This document shows, in pieces, positions 9,085-17,849 of a stretch of DNA of 64,000 bases. Each line of letters opens with the position of its first letter. Position 1 is the first letter of the stretch. The DNA is from Acidimicrobiia bacterium (GTDB lineage Bacteria; Actinomycetota; Acidimicrobiia; Spongiisociales; ZC4RG35), in NCBI GenBank assembly GCA_035462175.1, contig DATHUP010000049.1, positions 52,614 to 116,613 on the forward strand, written 5' to 3'. The notes under the pieces are model-generated. The model searched no databases. It had not been told where the DNA came from and worked only from the letters and a program-made list of their open reading frames with translations. The translations under genes and the position numbers were made by a program.

Positions 9085-9675
9085 ATGAGAAAGCTCGTCG
9101 TTGCCGAAGGTCTCACCTTGGACGGGGTGATGCAGGCCCCGGGCGATCCGGACGAGGACCGGAGCGGAGGCTTCGACCATGGAGGCTGGCAGATGCCCTA
9201 TTTCGACGAGGTCGCCGGCGAGGCGGTGGGCAAGTCGATGGCCGAGACCGGTGCGTTTCTCTTCGGCCGGCGCACCTATGAGATCATGGCCGCCCACTGG
9301 CCCAACGTGCCCGAGGGAGACATGTTCGCCGACGTCCTCAACGGCATGCCCAAGTACGTGGCCTCGACGACGCTCCAGGAGCCGCTGTCATGGGCGAACT
9401 CGAATCTCCTCGGGCAAGATGTCCCCACCTCCATCAAGGAGCTCAAAGAGGAGGACGGAGGGACCATCGTCGTCCTGGGCAGCGGCAATCTGGTTCAGAC
9501 GCTGATCGAGCACGACCTGGTCGACGAGTACGCCTTGATGATCCATCCGCTGGTCCTGGGTACGGGAAAGAAGCTGTTCGAAGATGGCCTCGACAAGCTG
9601 TCGCTGCGCCTGTTGGACTCGATGACGACCACCACGGGCGTGGTCTTCGCCAGCTACGCACCCGAGGGGCGCTGA
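9085..9675 (+). CDS. dihydrofolate reductase family protein (RibD C-terminal domain-like)
   Basis: Strong RBS aaaggaggg; YwjB/RibD_C-like sequence (VMQAPGDP..., VVLGSGNLVQTL). Confidence 0.75.
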   Translation: MRKLVVAEGLTLDGVMQAPGDPDEDRSGGFDHGGWQMPYFDEVAGEAVGKSMAETGAFLFGRRTYEIMAAHWPNVPEGDMFADVLNGMPKYVASTTLQEPLSWANSNLLGQDVPTSIKELKEEDGGTIVVLGSGNLVQTLIEHDLVDEYALMIHPLVLGTGKKLFEDGLDKLSLRLLDSMTTTTGVVFASYAPEGR

Positions 9676-9682
9676 GAGCGGC

Positions 9683-10792
9683 TCATTCCAGACAGGTGGT
9701 CGGCCAGCCGGGTGGAAGGTCGACCCTGTCCAAGTAGGCGCACGACCGGGCAAAGACATGAGCCATGCCGGCGCGCACCCGGACGATCAGGTCGCCGTCT
9801 TCGACGGTGACCAGGAACAGCCGATCGGTGGGGAGCGGTTCGACCGTGTCGCGCAGCTCTTCGTCGCTTATGTCACCTGCCCGGATCTCGATGCCTTCCG
9901 AGGTGAGCGGAGCCCAATCGGCCCCGGGGGCTTCCTCGGGCAGGATGTCCGCAGAGCCCAACGGTGCGCGGCTCATCGACCCGGGCTCGAATCGATCGAC
10001 TTCTCGCCCAACGGAGTCATAGGCGACATATACGATCTCGGCCGGCACGTCATCCAGCCTGATGGAGGAGACTCCACCCACCGGGGTCTGCCACCCAAGG
10101 GGGACTCCGTCGAACTGGTATGCCACCACCGAGACCGCAGGGGAGAGACCGAGCCACTCGGCGACTATCACATCCGGCTGGCCGCTCGTCTGCAAGAAGC
10201 TGAACCCGGGCAACCCACCCTCATGGTCCATGTCACCCCCACTGCAGCAACTGAGCGACGTCCCGAGGGTGTCACCGGAGAAATTGCCGGAGATGACCTC
10301 GGAGATCCGATCCCATATCGACGGGGCAGGGGCGGAGTAGATGTAGAAGGGCTCGCCGTCCAACTCGCCGAGGTACACGGCTCGTATCACCCGCTCGTCG
10401 AGATCACCTGCCGCAGGCTCCCCCGGGCCGAACGACAGGTCGTCGCCCAGGGTCGACGTGTCGAAGAGGGGCTCCGGCCCAGGAAGGCCGATCCAGACGT
10501 CCGGATCGGTCGACACCGGCTCGTCGTCCACCACCGGCACCGCCAGGTCGGCGATCTCGACGGTGTCGATCGAGAATGTGTCGGCCGGGTCGATGCGACC
10601 CGGGTCGACGAAACCGACTACGAGCATCAGCCCGGAGAACAGCCCGACCCCGGCCGACGCCCAGCCGGCCCGACGTGTCCGTTGCCGCCTGCGACCCCGT
10701 TCCCGGATCTGCTCGACCGGCATCGGTGTGGCATGGGGCACCGCGGCGGCGGCCGTCTCGAGATCTGTTCTGATCCTCTCGTCAAGAGTCAT
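9683..10792 (-). CDS. putative anti-sigma factor, single-pass membrane protein
   Basis: Overlaps (ATGA) the end of the ECF sigma gene; N-terminal cytoplasmic segment, Arg-rich stop-transfer plus TM (GLFSGLMLVVGF), extracytoplasmic domain. Confidence 0.45.
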   Translation of the reverse strand: MTLDERIRTDLETAAAAVPHATPMPVEQIRERGRRRQRTRRAGWASAGVGLFSGLMLVVGFVDPGRIDPADTFSIDTVEIADLAVPVVDDEPVSTDPDVWIGLPGPEPLFDTSTLGDDLSFGPGEPAAGDLDERVIRAVYLGELDGEPFYIYSAPAPSIWDRISEVISGNFSGDTLGTSLSCCSGGDMDHEGGLPGFSFLQTSGQPDVIVAEWLGLSPAVSVVAYQFDGVPLGWQTPVGGVSSIRLDDVPAEIVYVAYDSVGREVDRFEPGSMSRAPLGSADILPEEAPGADWAPLTSEGIEIRAGDISDEELRDTVEPLPTDRLFLVTVEDGDLIVRVRAGMAHVFARSCAYLDRVDLPPGWPTTCLE

Positions 10793-11316
10793 GCCAAATG
10801 CTCCTTCAGTCGTCCCAGGCCCCGGCTGAGGCGGCTCTTCACGGTCCCGACCGGAATCCCCAGGGCATTGGCGGTGTCCACTTCAGACATGTCGAGGAGG
10901 CAGCGGGCTATGACCACGTCTCTCTGCCGGCGGGGGAGGGCGCGGACTGCGGCAACGAGGCCCGGTTCCGGCTCGGGCTGATAGGTCACCACCGGTCTCC
11001 CCCACTCCCGAACGCTGAGTGCTTGTCGACGGAGGCGGGAGGTGGCCCAGTTCATGGCCACCCGGAACACCCACCCTTCCGGGTTCGACATCTTGGCCAC
11101 CGCTTGCCACCGCTCGTAGGCACGAACCATCGCCTCGTCGACGGCCTCCTTGGCCAGGTCGCTGTTCTTGACACCCACCGCCACCGCCCGATAGATGCGC
11201 TGCCATCGATCGCGGTAGAACACCTCGAACGAGTCGACGACATATGTCTCAGCCGGGGTGATCTGGTCCTCGATCATCTTGCCCGGTAGACGCTCAGCCC
11301 GGAAGCCACGTTCCAT
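10789..11316 (-). CDS. ECF (sigma-70 family) RNA polymerase sigma factor
   Basis: Region 2 (FYRDRWQRIYRAV) and region 4 HTH (EVDTANALGIPVGTVKSRL); true start may be the internal M (MIEDQ...). Confidence 0.75.
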   Translation of the reverse strand: MERGFRAERLPGKMIEDQITPAETYVVDSFEVFYRDRWQRIYRAVAVGVKNSDLAKEAVDEAMVRAYERWQAVAKMSNPEGWVFRVAMNWATSRLRRQALSVREWGRPVVTYQPEPEPGLVAAVRALPRRQRDVVIARCLLDMSEVDTANALGIPVGTVKSRLSRGLGRLKEHLA

Positions 11317-11363
11317 CTTCCGTTGATTTACCGCACGAGAGGGCCCGTTCTAAGCTCCAGACG

Positions 11364-11774
11364 GTGACTCTGGCCGACTATCTCCCGATCGGCATCATGT
11401 TCCTGCTGGCTGCCGGCTTCGTGGCGGTGTCCCTGATCGCGTCCCGATTGGTCCGTCCCGATCGGCCCACCGAGGCCAAGCTCGATCCTTACGAGAGCGG
11501 GATCGTTCCCGAGACCGAGCCGTCGCAACGCTTCCCGGTCAAGTTCTACCTGGTGGCGATGCTCTTCGTGATCTTCGACGTCGAGATCATCTTCCTCTTC
11601 GCCTGGGCCTCGATCTACGACCGGCTCGGCTGGTACGGAGTGGCGGCCATCCTCATCTTCACATTCTTCGTGGCCGAGACCCTGGCCTATGTCTGGAAAC
11701 GCGGCGCGCTGGATTGGAACGTGCACCGCCGCTCTCGCTACATCGCCGCCGACGCATCGGACGAAGCAGCCTGA
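11364..11774 (+). CDS. nuoA: NADH-quinone oxidoreductase subunit A (cluster 1)
   Basis: Three TM helices; conserved YESGI / FDVEIIF motifs. Confidence 0.85.
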   Translation: MTLADYLPIGIMFLLAAGFVAVSLIASRLVRPDRPTEAKLDPYESGIVPETEPSQRFPVKFYLVAMLFVIFDVEIIFLFAWASIYDRLGWYGVAAILIFTFFVAETLAYVWKRGALDWNVHRRSRYIAADASDEAA

Positions 11775-12241
11775 TGGCAACCACGGCCCCGGGGAACCTG
11801 CTCATGACCACCGTCGACAAGGCGGCACGGTGGGCCCGGACCCGGTCGATGTTCCCCGCCTCGTTCGGTCTGGCCTGCTGCGCCATCGAGATGATGGCGA
11901 CCGGAGCCGCCCACTACGACCTGGGCCGGTTCGGGATGGAAGTGTTCCGGGCTTCGCCCCGGCAGTCGGACCTCATGGTGGTGGCAGGACGGGTGAGTCA
12001 GAAGATGGCCCCGGTCCTCCGCCAGGTCTACGACCAGATGCCAGACCCGAAGTGGGTGATCTCGATGGGCGCCTGTGCCTCCACCGGGGGGATGTTCAAC
12101 AACTACGCCCTGGTCCAAGGGGTGGACCAGGTGGTGCCGGTGGACATCTACGTGCCCGGCTGTCCGCCCGGGCCGCAGAGCCTGATGCACGGGATCCTCA
12201 CCCTCCACGACAAGATCATGAAAGGCGAGATCTCCAATTGA
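11774..12241 (+). CDS. nuoB: NADH-quinone oxidoreductase subunit B
   Basis: [10 protein letters not shown] ... GACASTGG ... PGCPP Fe-S cluster N2 motifs; start overlaps the nuoA stop (TGATG). Confidence 0.85.
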   Translation: MATTAPGNLLMTTVDKAARWARTRSMFPASFGLACCAIEMMATGAAHYDLGRFGMEVFRASPRQSDLMVVAGRVSQKMAPVLRQVYDQMPDPKWVISMGACASTGGMFNNYALVQGVDQVVPVDIYVPGCPPGPQSLMHGILTLHDKIMKGEISN

Positions 12242-12783
12242 GCGACGAGCACGGCAGCCCAGAGGCCGAGACGGTGGGCGAGGCCACGGTCCTCGAGCGG
12301 CTCCTGCCCGGGCAATCGGTGTTGCGGGGCCTCTTCGAGCGCTTCGAGGACGTCACCTGGGAGCTCTCCATAGACCAGGACGTGGCCCGGATCCCCAACG
12401 GGCGCTGGTTCGAGTTCGGCACGGCGGCGAAGGAAGCGGGCTTCGAGGTCTGCGTCGACGTAACCGCCGTGGATTGGATGCGGCAACGACCGGAGCGGTT
12501 CGAAGTGGTGGCCAACCTGCTCTCCATGCAGCATCGGCTCCGGCTCCGGATGATCACCACGGCACCGCGTCAGGAGCCGGCGGTCGCCTCCCTGGTTCCG
12601 ATCTGGCCCGGGGCCAACTTCCCCGAGCGCGAGGCCTACGACATGTTCGGCATCGTGTTCGAGGGCCATCCCGACTTGACCCGGATCCTGATGCCCGACG
12701 AATGGGAGGGTCACCCTCTGCGCAAGGACTTCGGCGTCGGTTCGGTACCGGTCCAGTTCAAGGAAAGCCACAAGGTGAATTGA
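12238..12783 (+). CDS. nuoC: NADH-quinone oxidoreductase subunit C
   Basis: 30-kDa subunit motifs ([22 protein letters not shown]); probable TTG start overlapping the nuoB stop. Confidence 0.7.
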   Translation: MSDEHGSPEAETVGEATVLERLLPGQSVLRGLFERFEDVTWELSIDQDVARIPNGRWFEFGTAAKEAGFEVCVDVTAVDWMRQRPERFEVVANLLSMQHRLRLRMITTAPRQEPAVASLVPIWPGANFPEREAYDMFGIVFEGHPDLTRILMPDEWEGHPLRKDFGVGSVPVQFKESHKVN

Positions 12784-12784
12784 G

Positions 12785-14134
12785 ATGACCGACGACACCG
12801 AGACCACTCAGACCCTCGACGTCTGGGTGGCTGGGACCGAAGAGCCCGAGCTCGCCGCTACTGACGAGGGTGCCCAGGAGATCTCGACCGACGAGTCCGA
12901 GACCCGTCTCGACGAGCAGTTCGGCAGGGTGGTCGAGGACGACTACGTCTTCGACGACGACGCCGACCCCGAGGAGCGGATGATCCTCAACATGGGCCCG
13001 CAGCATCCGTCGACGCACGGCGTGCTCCGCCTCCAGATCGAGTTGGAGGGTGAGATCATCCGCCGCACCAAGCCGATCATCGGATACCTCCACACCGGGA
13101 TGGAGAAGACCGGCGAGCAGCTCACGTTCGCCCAGGGCGGGACCAACGTCACCCGCATGGACTACCTGTCCCCGTTCCACAACGAGCTGGCGTACTCGCT
13201 GGCGGTGGAGCGGCTGCTCGGGATCGAGGTCCCGCACCGGGCCGCCGCCATCCGGGTGCTCATGACCGAGTTGAACCGCTGCTCGTCGCATTTGGTGGCG
13301 CTGGCCACCAACGGGATGGACATCGGTGCGGTCTCGATGATGATCTACGGGTTTCGGGAGCGGGAGCAGATCCTGGCCTTCTTCGAGAAGACCACCGGCC
13401 TCCGCATGAATCACAACTACATCCGGCCCGGCGGTGTCGCCGCCGATCTCCCTCCGGGCTGGAAGGACGACGTCGCCGCCATCATCGAGGAGCTGCCGAA
13501 GCGGATCCAGCAGTACGACGACCTTCTCGAGAACAACCCGATCTGGGTGGGTCGGACCAGGGGAGTGGGTGTGATCTCCGCCGAAGAGGCGATCTCCTAT
13601 GGCATCACCGGGCCGACCCTGCGCTCGACCGGTGTCGACTGGGACCTGCGAAAGGCGTTCCCCTACAGCGGGATCGAGCAGTACGAGTTCGACGTGCCGC
13701 TAGGAGAGCATGGCGATGTCTACGACCGCTACCGGATCAGGGTGGTGGAGATCGAGCAATCGCTGCGCATCGTCGAGCAGGTGATGGACACCATGCCGAA
13801 GGGCGACTTCCGGGTCGACGACCGCAAGGTGACCCCCCCGCCCCGGGGGCGGATCGACGAGTCGATGGAGGCGCTGATCCATCATTTCAAGCTGTTCACC
13901 GAGGGCTACAAGGTGCCGCCGGGAGAAACCTATGTCGCCGTGGAGTCGCCGCGGGGCGAGCTGGGCTGTTATCTCGCCTCCGACGGAGGCGCCATTCCAT
14001 ATCGGATGCACATCAGGGCTCCGTCGTTCTCCAACCTGCAGGCTCTCCCCATCACCATGGCCGACTCCCTCATGGCCGACACCGTCGCCACCATCGCCTC
14101 CCTCGACCCGGTGATGGGCGACGTCGACCGGTAA
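12785..14134 (+). CDS. nuoD: NADH-quinone oxidoreductase subunit D (with ~55-aa acidic N-terminal extension)
   Basis: 49-kDa subunit motifs (LNMGPQHPSTHGVLRL, RAPSFSNL). Confidence 0.9.
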   Translation: MTDDTETTQTLDVWVAGTEEPELAATDEGAQEISTDESETRLDEQFGRVVEDDYVFDDDADPEERMILNMGPQHPSTHGVLRLQIELEGEIIRRTKPIIGYLHTGMEKTGEQLTFAQGGTNVTRMDYLSPFHNELAYSLAVERLLGIEVPHRAAAIRVLMTELNRCSSHLVALATNGMDIGAVSMMIYGFREREQILAFFEKTTGLRMNHNYIRPGGVAADLPPGWKDDVAAIIEELPKRIQQYDDLLENNPIWVGRTRGVGVISAEEAISYGITGPTLRSTGVDWDLRKAFPYSGIEQYEFDVPLGEHGDVYDRYRIRVVEIEQSLRIVEQVMDTMPKGDFRVDDRKVTPPPRGRIDESMEALIHHFKLFTEGYKVPPGETYVAVESPRGELGCYLASDGGAIPYRMHIRAPSFSNLQALPITMADSLMADTVATIASLDPVMGDVDR

Positions 14135-14143
14135 AGAACCGCG

Positions 14144-14190
14144 TTCCTAATGCAGGGCGTCACGTATACGTGACGCGGTGCATAAAGAAT
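14144..14190. repeat. copy A of a ~47-bp nested palindromic element (TTCCTAATGCA-N3-CGTCACG-N4-CGTGACG-N3-TGCAT[TA]A[GA]GAA)
   Basis: Outer 11-bp and inner 7-8-bp inverted repeats; reverse complement of copy C (about 90% identity); lies between the nuoD stop and the stop of the minus-strand cassette. Confidence 0.75.
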
Positions 14191-15176
14191 CAACCGAACG
14201 GCGGCGTAGTTGTGGTCGGCACCGGATTGTCGTCGACCGGCGTCTCGTCCTCTTCGATCGTTGGAAACCCCGATGACGGAGGAGGTACCTCGGTCAGTCG
14301 GCCGTACTCGTCGTAGCGGGAGAGCTGGAGCGGATAGAGATTGGGGATGATCCGCCCGAACCTGTCTCGGTCAAAGGACACGGTGCCACTGTCGTATTGG
14401 ATCACACCGGCGCCCGGGTCGAACTCGACCTCCTCGTAGACATATGGCGGGAGGGATAGAAGTGGACGGCCGGCCTGATCGAACAGCAGCACGTCGACTG
14501 GATTCCCATCGAGGTCGTAGGCGTAGATGTTCTCCACCGGTGTGCCATCGGCGGTGACCAGACGGTCGAACCAGAATTCGACCGAAGGCTCCACGTAGTG
14601 GCTGGGGGTGTTCACCAACGTCGCCATCAGTCCGAGGCCTGCAGCAAGGGAGAACACGAACGAACCTGCCGTCGGAAGATGGATCCCGGGTCGGGTCAGG
14701 TCGCGCCACTTGTCGAGCCAGATGGAGAGCCACGTGGCGCCGGCGACCAGGGCCAGGCCAGTCAGGGAGCTGGAACCAAACCGGGGGATGGGAAAGTGGG
14801 TGAACGGGTCTTGGTAGTAGAGCAAAGCCCATGCGGTCACCAGCATCCACCCACGAATCCATATCCAGAACGGCCTGATCGAGGGCCAGTGGATGATCTC
14901 GCTCAACCGGATCGCCCATGCGTCGGCGCGTGCCCGCGCTGTCACCAGCAACCCGGGCGCGGGATGATCAATGTCCAGCCCCGCACTCTGCCGGAACTCG
15001 GCCACGAACGATTCCGGTGACCCGAGGATGGTCTCGACCTCCTCGTCCCCGAGCTCGGCGAGATGTGCTTCCAGATCCTGCACCACCTCCTCGCGATCCT
15101 CGGCGGCGAGGTCGGCGAGACCCTCGGCGACCCGCGCGAGATAGGCGGCTTTCGACGGTGACAACGTGATGCTCAT
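14190..15176 (-). CDS. PadR-associated membrane protein with N-terminal HAAS/DUF1700-like helical domain
   Basis: N-terminus (AAYLARVAEGLADLAAEDREEVVQDLEAHLAELGDEE...SPESFVAEF) matches the DUF1700/HAAS pattern found downstream of PadR regulators; about 4 TM helices; overlaps the padR stop. Confidence 0.5.
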   Translation of the reverse strand: MSITLSPSKAAYLARVAEGLADLAAEDREEVVQDLEAHLAELGDEEVETILGSPESFVAEFRQSAGLDIDHPAPGLLVTARARADAWAIRLSEIIHWPSIRPFWIWIRGWMLVTAWALLYYQDPFTHFPIPRFGSSSLTGLALVAGATWLSIWLDKWRDLTRPGIHLPTAGSFVFSLAAGLGLMATLVNTPSHYVEPSVEFWFDRLVTADGTPVENIYAYDLDGNPVDVLLFDQAGRPLLSLPPYVYEEVEFDPGAGVIQYDSGTVSFDRDRFGRIIPNLYPLQLSRYDEYGRLTEVPPPSSGFPTIEEDETPVDDNPVPTTTTPPFG

Positions 15177-15499
15177 TCCTCTTCTCCCTCGAGCAGTTGG
15201 TTCATGACCCCGGCGAAGTCGTGCCAGGTCTTCTTGGAGCGGTCCAACAGGTCGGTGCCGGCTCGGTTCAGCCCGTAGTACTTCCGCGCCGGGCCTTCCT
15301 CGGACGGAACCACCTCGGAGGTGAGGTATCCACCCCCGAAGAGGCGACGCAAGGTCCCGTAGACCGAAGCGTCTCCGACCTCGTCGAAGCCACTGACCCG
15401 AAGTTGTCGCACCAAGTCGTAGCCATAGGTGCGGCCCCGACTCAGAACGGCGAGCACCGCCGTGTCGAGCACCCCCTTGAGCAGCTGGGTCGAGTCCAT
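15173..15499 (-). CDS. PadR-family transcriptional regulator
   Basis: Winged HTH (LLKGVLDTAVLAVLSRGRTYGYDLVRQL...YGTLRRL) and PadR C-terminal helix; probable start at the MDSTQLLKG methionine (the ORF track extends to 15601). Confidence 0.75.
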   Translation of the reverse strand: MDSTQLLKGVLDTAVLAVLSRGRTYGYDLVRQLRVSGFDEVGDASVYGTLRRLFGGGYLTSEVVPSEEGPARKYYGLNRAGTDLLDRSKKTWHDFAGVMNQLLEGEEE

Positions 15500-15565
15500 T
15501 CGCACTCCAATCGTCGCTAGTGCGACTTGCACACTACCACGCAATACGGAGTAGTGATCGGTCAA

Positions 15566-15611
15566 TTCCGAATGCAGCCCGTCACGGATACGCGACGCCA
15601 TGCATTAGGAA
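15566..15611. promoter_or_regulatory. copy B of the nested palindromic element; candidate PadR autoregulatory operator
   Basis: TTCCGAATGCA-gcc-CGTCACG-gata-CGCGACG-cca-TGCATTAGGAA, about 65 nt upstream of the probable padR start and just downstream of the amidohydrolase stop. Confidence 0.5.
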
Positions 15612-15615
15612 TCGT

Positions 15616-17079
15616 CTACGGCCAGCCCTGGTGGTGGAGCCTGAACTCACGCACCTCCTCGCTCGTCGACGGTCCCCAGGTCATGGTGGGGACGAGGTGC
15701 TCGACCCGGGCCGCCTCGAGCTCGTCGACGGTGAATCCCACCGGCTCGGTGATGGGGTCGATCTGGTAGAGGCTGGCCGCGTTCCAGCCCAGGATCTTCG
15801 CTTTCATCCCCCGCGTGAGCTCGGGGTATCCATGGCGCTCGCGCAGGTCCGCCGGGATTTGGAAGGCGCGCAGGGCGTCGATCTGACCCTGGGGCGACCC
15901 GTAGAAGATGGAGTCGGTGCCCCAGAGCAGGTTGTCCTCCCCGACCGCCACCAACAGTTTGCCCAGGGCATGTGCCGCCTCGTCGGGACGACGGAGTAGG
16001 TGCCACCACGTCGACCCGATCTCGGCATACACGTTCTGCCCAGGGCCGACCCCGGCTCGTCGCAGCGAGTCGACCAGCCGGTTCACCCCGAGATGGGCGG
16101 TGTCCTCGGTGAAGGGACCCTCCCTCTGCGCCACCTCGAACCCGGAGTGGTAGACGACGAACCGTACATCGGGATGGTTTTTCGCCGCGGGGCCGACGTC
16201 CTCGGGCGACCCAAACCGGGTCTGGTCGGAGAGCCCCTTGTGCACGAACAGGATGGGCGCCCCGGATCCCGCCACTGCATCGAGGAACCGGTCTCCCACC
16301 GCGGGGAGGTCGGGGTCGTGGTCGTCGAGCCACCAGTGGATCCCCGAGGGGAAGTGGGTGAAGGTCTTCCAGCCGGAGATGGTGTTCTCGGCGACGGTCC
16401 GCTGCATCTCTTCCACCACCGATTCGATCGGGGCGGTCTGAGGAAGCGCAAGTGCGTTGACCAATACCCGTTCGTCGCCAGACAGCCCCTGCACCATCTG
16501 CCGGGTCTCCTCCATCACCTCGGGCGAGAGAGGGCTGCCTTCTGGGTGGATCGGCAGTCCGGAGAGGGCGACCATCGTGGTATCCGATCTGATGAAGATC
16601 TCCTCGAGGAAGTGGTTCATCGAGAAACACGCCCGGGGATCGTCCTCGTCCTCGCAGCGTGCCTGGGGGAAGTTCCGACCCCAGAACCAGTCGCCCCGGG
16701 TCGAGGGGTCCAGGTCGTATTCGAGGAGATGGCCCTGGACGTCGAAGACGAACTGAGTCGGGCCCAAGACGGCGCGGGCAGCGTCGGTGTCATGGCGGGA
16801 GGCCGGGTCGAACGGGTACCAGAGCCCGGGTTGGAGGCCGAGGGCGGAGGCCATGACGGAATCGATGGCAGCAAGTGAGACGGCGACGGCGGAGGCCGAG
16901 CGGAGGAACTCGCGTCGGCTCAGACCGGTGCGTCGGATGGCCTCGTCGATGCCGGCGCGGGCGGTCTTCTCCATCTCGCGGCGGACCGGTGTTATCTGCT
17001 CCGGCTCGTATTCGCCATTCGAGCACTGCCCGAAGGCGATGGGAAGGCCCGGGTCCTCGTCGCGCCACGATCGGGACAT
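15616..17079 (-). CDS. amidohydrolase-family (TIM-barrel metal-dependent hydrolase) protein with TAT signal
   Basis: Twin-arginine motif (SRREFLRSASAVAVSLAA) followed by amidohydrolase_2-like motifs (FVHKGL, VVYHSGFE, WGTDS). Confidence 0.65.
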   Translation of the reverse strand: MSRSWRDEDPGLPIAFGQCSNGEYEPEQITPVRREMEKTARAGIDEAIRRTGLSRREFLRSASAVAVSLAAIDSVMASALGLQPGLWYPFDPASRHDTDAARAVLGPTQFVFDVQGHLLEYDLDPSTRGDWFWGRNFPQARCEDEDDPRACFSMNHFLEEIFIRSDTTMVALSGLPIHPEGSPLSPEVMEETRQMVQGLSGDERVLVNALALPQTAPIESVVEEMQRTVAENTISGWKTFTHFPSGIHWWLDDHDPDLPAVGDRFLDAVAGSGAPILFVHKGLSDQTRFGSPEDVGPAAKNHPDVRFVVYHSGFEVAQREGPFTEDTAHLGVNRLVDSLRRAGVGPGQNVYAEIGSTWWHLLRRPDEAAHALGKLLVAVGEDNLLWGTDSIFYGSPQGQIDALRAFQIPADLRERHGYPELTRGMKAKILGWNAASLYQIDPITEPVGFTVDELEAARVEHLVPTMTWGPSTSEEVREFRLHHQGWP

Positions 17080-17119
17080 CGATGTTGATTCTGCCCCACA
17101 ACCGTGAGGTATGGGTCCG

Positions 17120-17166
17120 ATTCTTTATGCAGTCCGTCACGCATACGTGACGCCCTGCATTAGGAA
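17120..17166. promoter_or_regulatory. copy C of the nested palindromic element; candidate operator in the divergent amidohydrolase / nuoE control region
   Basis: gATTCTTTATGCA-gtc-CGTCACG-cata-CGTGACG-ccc-TGCATTAGGAA; 41-87 nt upstream of the amidohydrolase start and 60 nt upstream of the nuoE start. Confidence 0.5.
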
Positions 17167-17225
17167 CGCGGTGTGACCCCCCGGGTTTCGCTCGGGATAG
17201 GGGTGCTACCTAATCTCCGGCCTCG

Positions 17226-17849
17226 ATGAGTCAATGGTCGGAGGCCACTCAGGAGCGCGCCCGGCAGATCATGGCGCGTTATCCGCAGAAGCGGTCGGCG
17301 GTCATGCCGTTGCTCTATCTGGCCATGGCCGAGGAGGGCCATCTCAGCGACGAGGGGATGGAGGAAGTCGGCCGCTGGGTCGGCATCACCCCGGCCCAGG
17401 TGCAGGCAGTGGCCACCTTCTACACGATGTACAAGCGGAGACCGACCGGGAGGTACCTGATCTCGTGTTGCACCTCGATATCCTGCATGCTGCTTGGTGC
17501 TGACGACGTTCTTCACGGGGTCGAGGACGAGTCGGGCGTGCCCCACGGCGAGACCGATCCCGACGGGCTCTTCTCGGTGGAGCACGTCGAGTGCATCGGC
17601 GCCTGCGGGGGAGCGCCTGCGGTCCAGGTCAACTACGAGCTGATCGAGGGAGTGACCCCCGAGAAGGCCAGGGAGCTGGTGAGGTGGCTCGGCAAAGCCC
17701 GCCCCGAAGTGGTCAACGGCGACGAGATGCAGGAGCTGTTCGGCGGGGTTCGCAGCTTCGATTGGGCGATCAGGGAGGAAGACGGGGCGGTTGGCCCCTA
17801 TCCGGCCTTCCAGCCGCTGGGCACGGTGGGAAGCGAGGGCGGCGCTTGA
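17226..17849 (+). CDS. nuoE: NADH-quinone oxidoreductase subunit E
   Basis: 24-kDa subunit, 2Fe-2S motifs (CCTSISC...CIGAC). Confidence 0.9.
   Translation: MSQWSEATQERARQIMARYPQKRSAVMPLLYLAMAEEGHLSDEGMEEVGRWVGITPAQVQAVATFYTMYKRRPTGRYLISCCTSISCMLLGADDVLHGVEDESGVPHGETDPDGLFSVEHVECIGACGGAPAVQVNYELIEGVTPEKARELVRWLGKARPEVVNGDEMQELFGGVRSFDWAIREEDGAVGPYPAFQPLGTVGSEGGA

Noticed and set aside
14144-17166. Inverted copies A and C as boundaries of an invertible (phase-variable) DNA segment.
   Set aside because: There is no recombinase or invertase gene in or near the cassette, and the element also occurs a third time internally. The operator or mobilised-cassette explanations are preferred.
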